Counted from the stretch's first letter, positions 1-14,800 are shown. The stretch: 50,605 bases of DNA from Sphaeroforma arctica JP610 (GCF_001186125.1 NW_014040277.1:20120-70724), one strand, 5' to 3'. Notes: generated by a model not told the origin, from the sequence alone. Numbers and translations are program-made.

Positions 1-1898
1 TATCGTATTTATTTTCATCCCCATAGTGTTGAGTATGGTTATTTCATACAATTTTAAGTTCAAAAGAGTGCAGTTTTTTTCTGGCCTTCAGCTATGAATG
101 AACTCTAAAGTACAAGTATGGATACTCGAAAGCATAGCATAAATCTGTTCATTCATCACGTTATTAAATTTGTGGATGTTATATTTAAACCTGTGTATTT
201 GCACAGGTAAGTATACACGTTCGAGGATACAGTAGATTAGAGCTGCGTTTCACTTTCGACTTCAAATATACCGTTTATTCGATTTTCTTCACTTCAACAA
301 GTCGCCGTATATTTATCTTTTGATATATCTGTGCCATTTGACATGTTAGCAACTCAGAACACTAACAAGCCGCCATATACCCTCAGCCAAGCCTCTCACT
401 TTATGGCCATCATCGTGAGGAGCTTCGGTGCACTATCCTTTTTACGTCTATAAGCTACAACGCGCTCGGATTTTATTTGCACCGAGCTTCGCAATTCCTC
501 TATGTAAATAATATCCAAGGCGTGATCGTAAAACATCAAAGCCACTCGTACAAATTTGCTTACCTTGATGGGGATTAGCGATGCGGTTCGTGTCGTTGGC
601 AAGATCAACTTGGTGTGTTTACTGCTAGCCTAACCCAACATCGACAGATCTACCAAATGCTCATGACGAATTAGTGCTCTGGCACCCTTACCTCTATCGA
701 AAGTTACACAAAAACTGTGCTGATATCATAGGCTATTTCAAATTCCGTCGATCAACAACATACGAATACTGACATATCAGGCCCGACTATAGGAAGTTTC
801 CGCTGCCCCACTCACAACGTGTTGTGTCGAGGCAGCTAAAATGATTTCAGTGACGTCTGTCCAGATATGTAGCTCCATCAGCACGTGTATTGAGGTTGGT
901 CATATCACCCAAGTGCGATTTTCGATAAAATCATTCTTAGCTGAGATTATGGCTTAGACATTTACTGATTTAAGTGTCAGCCAATACCTGTACCCGCCAA
1001 CGTAGGGCACTTTGATACACATTCGTTTCTATTTCCAGAGATCCGTTCCATATCACACTGCGTACGACAACGCTGATTCTAAACGTCCTTTTGAACAATG
1101 TCAACCTTTTCAAGGACATTACTTCAAGTCGAGCGCACGAAAACCTGCACCACCCAAGAAATTCTAACGTCGAACAAGGACCGGAAACCATCATGAATAG
1201 AAATCGGGCTTATGTAGATGTGGTGCACACTATGTGGGACTTGTGATGACAGACACCATTTATGGACTGAAATATTATAATTACTTCAGCTCACCGACAA
1301 TATGATGGACTTGATATTGTAAAAATGACAAAAAAATACCGACTGGTGTTGAGTATGTAACGTTTGACTTGACAACGTTGACCCTTCCTTGTTGATGGTC
1401 CCTCACGAAACTACACGACGTAAATTTGATTATACTTTTTGCAAATGAAGAGTGGTTTAAGACTCATCTTTCATTAATAAACTAATACCCCAATATAGCC
1501 TTTTTTTACCAAACATGAGAGTGACTATCTTTACTATGACAGGTACAAAAGCAATATACCGACTTGAGCTATACGAGCCACATAGGCGGTACTTTTCTTT
1601 TTCACGCTATCAGATAAGAAGCATCGATTTATAGGGGACGCAGAAGTATTGCGAATGATACCTTTCTACTTTCAACAAGATAAAAACACCGAGTCCTAAG
1701 TCTGTTTTGCAAGAAGCGAGCCTGCAGACGCCCACGACCTACATGATACATTTAAATAGTACAGTATGCAAAATAACCAATACCTCTGATAGATATCATT
1801 CCCGTATCCCAGCCAAAGAACCCACAACAACCGCGTACGATTCAAAAGAGAATTTTCGAGCTTTTTTTCATTCTTTTATTCGGCACAAAGTGCTTCTG

Positions 1899-4800
1899 TT
1901 ATTCGTCGATTAACTTGTCTATACCCGACATGTATCCTGGAGAAACATTATCAAACCCAGGAGGTGGCAGAACCGGGGAGGAACCGTCTCTCACGGCACC
2001 TCGTATATCTGTAAAAGTAGTTGTACTATGGTTAGTAAAACAAGACTCATATTCTGATATGATTCTTGCACGCTCACTTTATATACATCCATCCATCCAT
2101 CCATCCATACACACACATATATATAATATAATATAATATACATGCATACAAACATATATATTCATCCATGCACACACACACACATACACATCACATTAAC
2201 TGTATACAATAAAAATCAGAACAAAAAAATTCTGCTGGCTGAAAGGCAAAGTAGACGTACAGATTGCTATACCTACCAAACTTCTAAACTATCATACCGA
2301 AGTCGCTCCGACGATCTTCTGACGCTGGCCAGCCGCCATTGCCACCAATTCCCGTCTGCTTATTCGACTGGTCTGACGGAAAGTACGACCCTCCCCATGG
2401 CATACCAAATGCTTGCTGCGATTGGCGTTGGGGGACAAAACGTGAGTCGTTCACATCGCCGCCGTACTGCTGATTCATACCAGACGGATCCGCACCCCAC
2501 ACACCTCCCATGGGCTTGGCCCGAGAGTCGTACAGCTGTTGCTGTGGGTGTTGATGTTGCTGTGGGTGATGTTGTGGGTGTAGCCCAGGTGGCATATTCA
2601 GTCCCAAGGGACCGTTCCCAGGATTATCGAAGAGATTGCCTCTCTGTTGCCGTCCAGATAATTGTGGAGGTGGTGGAGGTTGGCCGAACCCGGGCGGCGG
2701 CCTGTGTTGGGGCTGCTGCCGTCTGTTGTGGTGATGAGGCGGTTCGTTGCTCTCGTTCCATATCCCACCGCTGTTACTAATGTTGTCGCTGGGCCACCCG
2801 TCGCCAGACTTTGCACCGTTGATACCATAGTCTCCAATCTTGCTGCTAAGTTGTTGTTGTTGCTGTTGGTGATGTTGCTGTTGTGATTGTTGCTGCTGCT
2901 GCAGGTGCAGACCAGCACCTGGCCTATGGAACATCTCACGATTCTCCTGGCGACCAAACGATGGATGCATATTGAGCCCCTGGCTATCTTGCATCATTGA
3001 CACACCGGGAGGAGGCGGATGGAAACTTCCGGAGTTATTGAATCCAATGTTATTATTGCTTCTATGCGTATTGGAGTTTATACCACCGGGAGAGTAGTTG
3101 TGATCGTACATGCGGCTTATCTGCTCGTCGTTGTTCTGTATTTGCCTGGATGGGATAGCGTGCTGAAGCCCGGGCGGCGGGGGTGGGGGTGGGGGTGGGG
3201 GCGGGGGCGCCTGTTGTTGTGACTGTGAGTGCTGACTAATACTACCAGGCTGTGTTGGCCTGTTTCCGTAACTTGTTTGAGGTTGGCGTTGTTGTATATG
3301 CTGTGCGTGCCCTTGGCGCGGCAAACCGGAAGTGGGCGGCTGGTCAAATCCTCGGCTCGAGCTCGGCGGTGGTGGTGGCAGACTCGACGTCGTACCGGAA
3401 CTTCCTCGTATGTCAAAGTGGGAGTCCTGTGTGGACAGGAAGGATTGGTGCAGCTCGCCTCGGTTATTGTGTAGGAGGGAGGAATAAGGCGAATCGCTCA
3501 TGCCCCATGTAGAACTGTTTAAGCTATGCTGCGTGTTGGGTAACGAGCTCTGGCCAGGACCATCGAATCCGTTGTCCCACATGGACTGGCCTCGCAGATG
3601 CGGTGTTCCTATTTCCAGCGGTTGTGGTTGGTCAATCGGATCGCTGGATAAGCCTCCTCTCTGTGTTTGTTGTGCGCTTTGTTCCTGGAAGTAAAAAAAA
3701 ACAAGTGTAGAAATAACAAATTATACATACTGAGATACATTATTTCTCAGGACTATTATTTCTGTTAAGCAATAAAACAGCACATGAAAAAGGAAGTATT
3801 GAAAAGTGTGATATACCAAACTCACCGGATTGCCGACGGAGAACGAGATGTTGACCCCCGGGAACAGTGAACGCAGGTTATCCTGCCATTGCCGGGCATT
3901 ACCCGTGCCGTGTGCCTGACTTCCATTTTCAGGCGTAGTTGCCCCAAGAGCACTCATTTCCGACTCACCACCCAAAGCTAATCCAGGTGGCGCCGAAACC
4001 CCACTGCCACCACTGCTTCTCTCACCAAGACCCGAGGGAAAGCGCAACGCATCCGCTCCTAATCCCGAGGGTGTCATTCGCTTATCGTCATCCCAGTTTG
4101 CACCGGCGAATTTGCTTTCAGCGAGATCACTAGCACTGGCTACAGGGCCCGTTAAGCTACTTTGGTTCTTTGGACGAGAAGCCTCGTGATCTAGACCGAA
4201 TTCCGTCAAACTGCCAAAGCTTGTGGCGGTCTCGTCTCGCATATCACCCAATCCCGGGGGAGCACCAAGGCCACGCGGAGGCAATCCAAACGCCTGTAAT
4301 ATGGGAGCATGCAATGTTTAGAGAAATATAATCAATCTTGCGTGAAAGGGAGCAAGAGTGGAGGAGCGTCACCTACACTACGTAGGATGGCGGTTACCTA
4401 GATGTACTTGAACAGCAACAGACCCAGAAGATATTTTGCAACGGCGTTCACTATTGAATTGTACAAACACATCCCCTCCTCCCCCCAAAAAAATACACAG
4501 CGTAAGAAAACGTACCGAAGTGCCTTTCTTAGGATCACTCAAGGACATCGAACTGAAGAACGACGACGCAAATTCGCCCCCTTCGTCTTCGTCGCGATTA
4601 CCGAATGCAAACCTCGATCCGCCTCCGCCTATCGATGTCGAACTCAAACTGCCTGGGGCGCTACCAATATCTCCTGGGCGATGGCTTGTAGTGCCAGCAT
4701 CACTCGCTTCGCTATCTGCATCGGGTGCCCCAGGCATCCGCACTAAACCAGGTGGCCCGCGTCCGATAATAGGACCGACGCCCGAGTGCGAAAACATGGA

Positions 4801-7800
4801 CGAGTTATTATTTGAGATACCGGGCAGTGCAGAGTATGTGTGCTTGAGCTCAGCATGTTCAGCCGTGAACAGTCCAGGAGGTGCCGTCTCACTGGCAGAT
4901 CCAACCAACGGTGCTTTCCTTTGAACGTCACTTTCCCCAGTTTCCACCGCAGAAGCGGGTTGGCTGTTGCTGACATTCGTATTTTTCTCAGTCTTCACAG
5001 GAGTGGTCGTGGTTTCAGCTTTATTCTTTCCGGCTGCAGATGATTTTAGTTTCTCCGATGTCGCTGGTTCGTCCCTATCGGGCTTTGTCGCCGTGCGCGT
5101 ATCTATCGATTGTGTTGTTGATACCGAGGTGGTATTCGATACACTGGGAACCTCAGCCAGAGCCACCGCGGGTGACGTTGGTACAGACACTGGCGAAGCT
5201 GGGCGAGCCTTGGACGTGGCGGCAGCTTTGCGGCCTGTACTGCTGGTTGTCTTGTTGGTTGCCTTGACTTCAGTCGCTTTAGTCCCTGGGCCACTCGCGT
5301 TCGCATCAGTGCTGACAGTGGCGGGTCCGTTGGTACTGTGGGGATTGTCGCCATCTCTCTCATCCCAGTTGTCGGGTATAGGATCCTCGACTGATTGTGG
5401 GGGTGTACTTGGTGCCTGCGCTCCGCTAGCGGGCGGACTAATTGCAGAAACCTGCTTTGCGTTCTTGGATATCCTAGGCGACTTCTTGTTCATGTGCACT
5501 GGGGTGGGCTGTTGGGTAGTGACGGGTGTACTCGCAGCACTTCCCGTATCGCCCTGGTTCCATGTGGCGTCTTTACTCGCCCCCGGCCATTGTGTAGTTG
5601 CCTGAATAGTAACAAGTCAAGAAGGGTACGGAATGCCGCGCATGAGCAAAGCAGGCCCGAAGAAGCAATCGCGGTCACGATAATCTTGTTCACTGTTCTG
5701 GCCGTAGTTGAAATGGCATTTTCCGCAAAAAAGAAACAAAACAGAACAACAACTGCAACCACCTAGACAAAAGTCTCTTGAATAACCTTGCACATATCAT
5801 GTAGTACGTATAGCACATACCTTCCGAACACTGTTACCATGGGGAGGTGTGACGTAATCATCACTCGGATGAGCAATTTCTTTCATCAAGCTCAGCGCGG
5901 GCGCAGGCATAAGACTTATGTGAGCACCAGCCGCTGGTTTCTTGGCCCTGTGATTTAAAGGGAGAGCATGGCATATCAGAAAGGTGCAGCAATACAATTA
6001 AGAGCCCCGGCTGGATACGACTCGAGATTGAAATTGAATACAAAAGCTCACAGACTGTCCACAACAAACGGATGTCCCAAAGCTTTGGTATCTTGTTTGC
6101 TAAGATGTGATTGCTTGATTCGATCCCCCAGAAATCACGTCACTCTTCATCCATAGGAATGACAGCACAGAGCCCACATAAACAGTATGCGTGCAAGGGA
6201 AAAATTAGCAAGCCTACATGTGAGGAATATTGCACCGAAGAGCTACAATTCACGCACCAGGATGCATTAGCGGGTAACGCAGACGCATTGGGATTCCTTG
6301 GCTTCGTAGAGACAACTTTCTTCATTACAGCACCGTTCTGCACCGGAGTAGCAACACGAGTAGGACTGGGAGATCGGCTGTGATCATAATCTGATCGCTG
6401 CGGAAATCCCTTCCTGTTATACAAACGTGCAATATGAGCTTATTTAGTAAATGGCGAACGGGTACATTGAATGAGGTACTCTAGAGATAACGTAAAAAGA
6501 GATGCGAGTACGTAGAAGTACACCTACACTTACTTACTTACACACATACACATGCAGATGTAATGTATATATATATGTATATTTAACTATCTATATACAT
6601 ATATATATATGAAATAGATACATTCACATTGACGCATACACAGCTATACGTATACATACATACACACATATATACATATACGGCTGCACGTTCCCGCATG
6701 TATATACATATATATATATGTACATATTTATGAAATAGATACATTCACATTGACGCACATACTTATACATATACACACATCTTTATATATGGATATCTGT
6801 ATGGGTGTATTAATATATTTATGCGTATATGCGTATATACATATATATAAATATATACGAGTGCACGTTCCCACATTTATATACATAATGCATATCATTT
6901 AATATAGATCAGCAACAATGACGAGAAATAATTAAAATAAGATAGAACGTAAACTGCCGCGAGATTTCATGGCACACACACGCAAAACTTACGCTTCTGA
7001 CGATCAAACACGTAAGCAAACAGATACGATGTGCACTTCAAAAAGTGCAATGCCGTGCCTACCTGCTAGTCTGCAACATAAAAAAAAGACCCCTATTCTT
7101 GCAACATACGACACACGGACAGTAAAGTATATATGCATCCGCGCAAAGTGAGCTGGTGACATACATTTCTTCTTTGGTAAAACTGTCCACCGTCTCTCCC
7201 ACTTCGTGTAGATACATGCAATCGGGATTTGGACACGCAACATGCTTCAAGAAATACGAGCAGTATTTCGTAGTTCCGAATGATGCCCTGCGAAGATGTG
7301 GTATTCAAATCTTAGTAACAGAGCCTTCGTACGCGATACACGCTCTAAAGCAGGAGCAAATGGTATGTATGTCATTTGGCCCTGCTTTACAACTTCAAAC
7401 AGAGGGGGAGTCTGCAACGTACAGAACATTATACGAAGTATCAGCACATATCTTAGAGCAGAGTGAATGTACAACTCCAACCACGAGTTATAAACGTTTA
7501 CACCGAAAACGATAACCGAGTCTGCGGCCTATACTCCAGATACAACACGGAGATATCTGAACTCAATATGTGATTGTGCGTAGTTGGTAGTGAAGAAAAA
7601 AACTAAACAAATAAATAAAACCACGCCAGTCTATCGGAACACAGACGGGTATGTTGGAATCATACACATGGCCATATTTGAGGTATTCACAGCCGAACAA
7701 GGACGTGTCCGCGTTACACGATAACACAATTTTTCAGTATACTTAGCGTGCCCGAATTGGTAGAGCTTTTCGCGGCCAGGAAAATCAATACACCAAACTC

Positions 7801-9958
7801 TTCTCAAGCAACGAATGCACACGACCGCAACGTACCGTACGACTCTGTTGTCAACCATCAAACCATCCACAGCCCGAATCACGTCTTGGGCATCCTCTTT
7901 TCGCTGATAGGTGATGTACGCACTTGCACTGGGCCCATGCGAGCCATTGTATAAGGATCCTTTATTCACAACGACCTTCATAATTTTTCCTGCCGAGGGG
8001 ACGGAACGAGAGATGCGGCGACACCAGACGGTTAGATGTCAGGTATCCGTACACCGTTTTGGAAATAAATATAACTTTTTTCCATGGTATAGATTGAGAT
8101 ATAAATATAATATAACACCTCATAACGGTGCAAACAATGGCACCCGAAAATGTCCCCTTGATACAATAAAAATTGTCGTTTTCAAGGATTTAATTTGAGT
8201 CTTATCTATCATTGACATACTTACACACGCACATGCACGGACTAGCACAGATACATATGAATATACAAATAGATAAAAGAATCGCTCACCATATTGACCG
8301 AAATAATCATTCTTGCGTATCACAGACTCGTCTGCTAGGCGGGGTGACAGCCCTATGACGTAGACCAGATTAGGTTGGACCACGCGCACATTGGCTAAGT
8401 TTTTACGGTGGTCATTGTCCCGGGGCTTCCGCTCGTGTGCCTTCCTTTGCTTCTCTTTCGCGCGTGCACTGTGGCATCATAGTTGGAGTCAAGGAACGCA
8501 ATTTCAGAATAGATGTATACTGTAATGGGCATGGGGTAGTTCCCAACAAAACAGTAGAATAGTCGGTGGAGGCCATGCACTAGTTCAGCTTTAAAATGAT
8601 AACTCGATATTTCTTGATTACTATATAACCAAGTAGGACGCTCCTGAACATTCGTGTTTATATGTAAGCGATTGTATAGGTTTATTTTCTAGCACCAAAT
8701 AAGTACAACACGGACGAAAGTGCATACACACAAATTGTTGTATATAGATCTATAATTGCATACTGAGGAAAATTTGGACCACCATAAACAACTTTTCGAT
8801 AGATACGTAAGTTCGTAGATAAATAAATGTCCATATATTCTTTTTGTTTGTGTACGAACTATACACACAAAACACAACAAGCACACGCATATGTATATAA
8901 ATATATAAAACAGGTATATATATAGATGCAAGTGTTTACGTATATCTATATATATCTATGAATATACCAATATATGTATACATACATACATACATATATG
9001 CATACATACACTTATGCATATCTGCCTATCAATATATCTGTTTAGATACATTCTGCTGCATATGTGTAACATATGCAATATTTCACTTAAATGAGAACAA
9101 ACGTAGCAATAAACTGAAAGCAACTGGTCTGAAAAAACAACAACATAGTAAATACATTCGAGTGATACATTGACATCCATATATGTATATATATATATAT
9201 TCTTTACGGTTCTGAAAGTATTAACATTTGAATTGAAGTCAGAAGAGTGAATAAGAATATGATGTGTACCGACACATGTTCACCATCAGACTTATACAAG
9301 TAGAACAATATAATAACAAATAGACGCGCATACATGCACATTTATGCAAGCATGTGCACAAACACTAGAATGCCTTTATAATCTAATATAAACGTGATTT
9401 TATTATTATGTCTTAATCAATATAGATACAGGTAGAAGTAAAAATATACAGATGAACATAAACATGTGCGTATACATATTCATAAATTACATATCTGGAC
9501 ATTTAGAAAATCGATATATACATACATAAATCAACATTTGCGAGAGCCCTTATAATCACGAAATAAGCAAAACACACACACACACACACACTCACATAAG
9601 AATATATATATATAAATATAAATTTAAAAACCACAAATAGAAAAGTACAATAAATATGTATAAACAGATTTATAAGACATGAGGTCTGAATAAATAAACA
9701 TGGTATAAATATAGTAATATATTTTGTGTTAATATACTGATAAAATAATATGTTATTACATTTGAATCCATACACAGATATTATACTTATATTTATATAA
9801 GTATATGAAAACGCATAAAAATTGTACATCCATAGAAATATACGCATGAAAAAAGTATACACTTATATATATATATATATATATAGTAGTCTGTGTGTTG
9901 TTATTATGCGTGTNNNNNNNNNNNNNNNNNNNNTATATATATATACTTAATATTACTT

Positions 9959-10004
<46 letters not shown>

Positions 10005-10387
10005 CAGAAATTTACATATATATATATATATATAAATATATACACAGAAATTTACATTTATACAGAAATTTACATATATATATATAAATATATATATATT
10101 TTTGTATACAATCTATTGTCATTCTATAACAACACTCGCTAATAGCACAACTACACGTCGTACAATACACAAGTTTAATACCTGTCAGCATCCACGTGTG
10201 CAAACTCGGCCGGCCGATCTTCAAACGGTGTGCGACAAGCGGGACAAAGCCCATTGCCTTCATTCCGTAGTTTATGCCAGCAGAAGCCGCATATTTGATA
10301 ACCACATGCACATGGGAAGAACCCTTTGTCGGTTTCATCCAAAGGTTCCATACAAAGTGGACACTCCGCTTCTTCCTCGTCGAACAT
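1899..10387 (-). CDS. CNOT4: CCR4-NOT-associated E3 ubiquitin ligase NOT4 (C4C4 RING, RRM, C3H zinc finger, long low-complexity tail); 10 exons, ~1331 aa
   Basis: Exons (minus): 10387-10182, 8468-8290, 7989-7836, 7287-7165, 6413-6258, 5947-5821, 5601-4516, 4293-3826, 3684-2298, 2008-1899. All introns are GT-AG and phases match (3996 nt). Diagnostic motifs: [29 protein letters not shown]...[73 protein letters not shown]. The last exon is inferred from a donor at 2297, an acceptor at 2009-2010 and a PPPGF motif. Without it the ORF stops at 2284. Confidence 0.95.
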
Positions 10388-11137
10388 TTTGAGTTCGAAT
10401 CATATCACGGACCAAATCTGCAGGTGCAATTATGCTACGGCGACCGTTTATAACTAGCAGTCAGTCACCTGTGTGGATAATACATGTATGTATACCTATT
10501 CACTGATGTGAAGCTGTTGTAGGAGTGTGGGTATTTCAATGAGAACGTCCAAGTTGGTTGCTAAGCTTATCGAGGTCGATATTTTCTTGACGTCTCAAAT
10601 GTGTGTAGTGGAACGCCTCATAAAATAAATAAATAAATTATTTCAAAACAAATTGGCAGGAAACTGGTCACTGGACACTGTCCGACACAACCTGAGGAGA
10701 AAAGCCTTCAAGTTTCAACCCACTCCCGTCGTAGGCTTAAGGCTAAAGAGACTGCCGAGGTAGGTATTAAAAATAGGAATATGCAGTTCGGTACCAATTC
10801 TGGCGGTCAAGTCAGCTCTTAGTATGGGGATTTTGGAAATAAATAGGTTCAGAAATTGTTGTCGAAAAAATTCATGACGGTAATTTACCCCGAAGCCCAA
10901 TGATGTCACCAATAACATTTACGGAAAAAAGCTGCCAAACCTCTTCGACAATTCGAGCCTACTTCAGTGGTGGAAAATTATCACGAATTATACACAAATA
11001 TGTGTCTATTTATTTTAGCAGGCTATGAAATATGTAATATTCACGTTAAAAGAATGTGTACGTAGATCGTATTGATATATGTAACATATAGATACATACA
11101 TACATATATATATATATACCACACACACACACACACA

Positions 11138-11639
11138 NNNNNNNNNNNNNNNNNNNNNNNNNNNNNNNNNNNNNNNNNNNNNNNNNNNNNNNNNNNNNNN
11201 NNNNNNNNNNNNNNNNNNNNNNNNNNNNNNNNNNNNNNNNNNNNNNNNNNNNNNNNNNNNNNNNNNNNNNNNNNNNNNNNNNNNNNNNNNNNNNNNNNNN
11301 NNNNNNNNNNNNNNNNNNNNNNNNNNNNNNNNNNNNNNNNNNNNNNNNNNNNNNNNNNNNNNNNNNNNNNNNNNNNNNNNNNNNNNNNNNNNNNNNNNNN
11401 NNNNNNNNNNNNNNNNNNNNNNNNNNNNNNNNNNNNNNNNNNNNNNNNNNNNNNNNNNNNNNNNNNNNNNNNNNNNNNNNNNNNNNNNNNNNNNNNNNNN
11501 NNNNNNNNNNNNNNNNNNNNNNNNNNNNNNNNNNNNNNNNNNNNNNNNNNNNNNNNNNNNNNNNNNNNNNNNNNNNNNNNNNNNNNNNNNNNNNNNNNNN
11601 NNNNNNNNNNNNNNNNNNNNNNNNNNNNNNNNNNNNNNN
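11138..11639. other. Assembly gap (N-run) flanked by microsatellites, in the NOT4/RING divergent intergenic region
   Basis: Run of Ns. Smaller gaps occur at 9914-9933, 23925-23944, 30519-30652 and 38413-38474. Confidence 0.99.
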
Positions 11640-11660
11640 ATACATATAAATACATATATA

Positions 11661-11705
<45 letters not shown>

Positions 11706-11879
11706 CATGTATACATGTATATATATATAGATGTATATGTATGTGTATATACATGTGTGCGCATTATTACACATTATTACCACTATCATAAATCTGGACT
11801 CACAATATCTTTATTGCGGACACCCAATATTACATCCCCATACTAGTTCGCAATAAAGTAGGGGTTTCGCTATCTTGGG

Positions 11880-14800
11880 ATGGCGTCTTCGTCGGCGAGT
11901 AGCCCGCAGAAGGGGAAGGATTGTTCACCCGACAGGCCTGCTCATCTAGACAACGATGACATAGACGATGACATAACTGCGTGTGTGTTAAATATAGATA
12001 ATAACGCTTCGCTGGACGATAGCGTTGCCCAAGCGGCCAGTGTATCTGATACACAACCACAGACTGTATCGGATGACCATGACAATGATACCACTAATAG
12101 CATCGGCACGGCCACTGGCCCGGTAGGTCTGGTGGTACATGTGTGTTTTATATTGCATTGTCATGTTCTATTCCCCTTTTGATCGAGATTCCTTCTACAA
12201 ATTGTGGTGATGTACGTTTGTTATGACTGTGTGTTTCTGATACAGTCTTTGATGAGCAACAAGAACTCAGTATTCGCAAACCGTGCGGTAGAGACCATGT
12301 AGAATAAATCTTTCATTCCCGATTGCCTGTTACATGGCACGTTTGCTCACCTCATATTGTCTCTGAAGTGCTTTCATCTTTGTACTGTATATATATTGCT
12401 TGCAGTAGTTCGATCGTTGCCTGATCCTGATTGTCGTGTGTTTACGGTAGTATTGTTGATTGTTGTCTGGTAACATAGTGCGTTCTTCGTTGGATGCAAT
12501 TTTGGTACACACCAAACATGGTTTTCAATTTTGGGCGTGCTGTCGGAGTCATATTCTTTGTTATTCCGTGGCTTGTTTGTATCGAGACTTCAGTTATGTA
12601 GGGCGTGTAAGCTTCTTCTGTACTGGGAGTATTAGTGCGTTAACGCATAATTTCTGTTTCCACGTCTGCCTTGTATATCGATTGATACGTGTCTCGTGCT
12701 GTAAATGTTTTTAATCGTTGGTCGCAGTTATATTATACAAAGTATAGTCGTTGTTCTTCAGCTGTCGGATTCTTCGTTTCAATTAATGCATGGCTTGTCA
12801 AAATATTGGCTCCAGCGTTGTTTAGCCTTGTTTCATCGTCTAACGCGGCTCAACATCGCCAACACGAATGAGATATCAGTGTGTTCGTGAGTAGTTGCCT
12901 GTGATGGTGATGTGCTTTGTTTAGCTCTTGACTACTTATCGTTAGTTGTCCATCCCACGTATGTCTTTTCTGTTTAGGCAGTTTCTTGTTTATATCGATG
13001 GGAGGTTGGATTGTTACTATTTCTAGCAATTGTTTTAGTGGATTTCAAACGTCGGTTTCTATTTCTCACGTTTCGTTTGGACTTCTATTATTATATTCAG
13101 TGTATCGCTACACCGTCACTTGCTATGTTTTACCTTTAGTGAGTCTCCGTATCGAAAATGTCAACATTACCGATCTTCATGCTGTACTCCAGCTCATATG
13201 AACGTTTGATTGTATTGTGGTATATCTGTTGACTTTGAATCAAATGATGTGCGTTCGTTTGTTAGGAGTACTATCAGCTCAGGACTTGAGGCATCTATTG
13301 TCGTTTTGCCAATCTGCTGGTGAGCCCTCGTGGTATATAGCTTGTGGTGTCTATGCATTTGAATTCGCTCACGTGTATGTATGGTGATCAATGTTTCCAA
13401 ATACTCTCGCTACTTATTCTAAATATGGAACGCATGTTATCAATCTGTCTGCGGCATGTTGTTTGTCCACCCAACGCAATTGTCAATGCGCTAGTCCTAA
13501 GGAGTTCTTCTATGAACATTTGATGGCTGAATTCTTCGCAGGCTGCGCCATCAACCCAGCCCTTGACACGTGCGTCTTCGTTCGTTTCGCTAGGCACTAT
13601 GGTGACTACAGGTGTAGGCGCGGAAACCCCCGCCACCCAAGTCCGAAGCAATGCCGTCGAGCACGCGCGCAGAAGTTATTTTGTCAAGTAAGGTTCTTGG
13701 CCGGGTTCTCTTATCGAGTATAGGCTGTGCTGAATTTTGCTTAATATATGCGGTTGCAGACTGTTTATATGCGCGACTGTGGGCTGAGTTGTGCTGCTGT
13801 TGATTAATCGTGTTCAAATTATATCCTTCTGCACTCTTGATACCTGGTGGGGTGGTGTGTTGCATTTCTTTGGGCTGTGCACGACCTGCTATTCTGTGGA
13901 AGCATACGTGAATATACACCATGAATGTCTTGACTTCTCTTTCGTCTTCGGATACTCCATCAAAGGGCTTGATGTTTGCTGTTGTATGATTTTTCTATAT
14001 CTTGGAAGCTCATTTATCTACAATGTTATCCCGCTATGCCCAGGTTCCTCCTATATCTGGAAATTCTGATGTGGGCCGCTCAAATTGTGGCTGTCATAGT
14101 CGTATTAGCATTACACTGGGACAGAAATGACTGCGACACGCCATTGCAAGTGTGGTGCCTTGTCGTTGGTAGGTGATGATGCGATGAGGACCATATAAAC
14201 GTATTTTGTTTTATAGTCGAAACCATCGTATACGTGACGAATTTGTATGGAATATCAGTTTCATTGCCCTTCATCTCATGGATGTTGGTTCAATCGCATC
14301 ACAGGTATCCGGAATGCATTTGCTATTGTATTCAAGATTGCCAAGTATAAGAGGCCCGATAACATTCAAATACGCAGGTACTTCAATGGTTTTACGGTTG
14401 ATATGTGGTGTTGCCAGCTGTTTTTATTCGCTCGGGAAAACCATCACTCTGCGATGATTAGATCTTTTATCGCACCTGGACTAAGATAGACTCGTCGTTA
14501 TAGAACAATCGAGCCGGCACATGTAAATTTGTGATTGTAGTATCTCCGTATCTGCATTTCTTTCTGCTTAACAATCTATGTTTAACATGGTTGGTACCGA
14601 GTCGCTTTTTGCCACTTGGTCGGTGATATCAACTCTAGTGGTAGTTTTTCTAAATAACGTTTTGTCAGTACGTCTTTCTTCGGTACAATTGCATTATTGT
14701 CTAACGTTTGCTTATGTGCATTCGTTTTAGGTTCCATGCAGTACTTGAGGTAACCCTCCTGGTTTGGTTTATCGTGGGAAATTATTGGCTGTTTGATAGC

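Noticed and set aside
1243..1320. GTGATGA...CTGA C/D-like pattern (similar partial patterns at 9237-9293, 12249-12325, 34906 and 47360-47410)
   Set aside because: Each lacks a canonical C or D box or a terminal stem, and none has a convincing guide.
1..1890. Short ORFs at 396-608 and 970-1194
   Set aside because: No recognisable domain or consistent exon chain; probably intergenic DNA or NOT4 3' UTR.
2142..5766. Plus-strand ORFs of up to 212 aa overlapping NOT4
   Set aside because: They are antisense shadows of GC-rich NOT4 exons with no recognisable motifs.
6590..6890. Imperfect duplication in NOT4 intron 4 (atgaaatagatacattcacattgacgca twice)
   Set aside because: An ordinary duplication inside a microsatellite-rich intron with no functional signal.
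8689..11791. ORFs rich in Y/I/H/T/C/V/M or X (also 22709-24161, 30150-30852, 39609-40403)
   Set aside because: They are translations of (TA)n/(CA)n/(TATG)n microsatellites and N-gaps.
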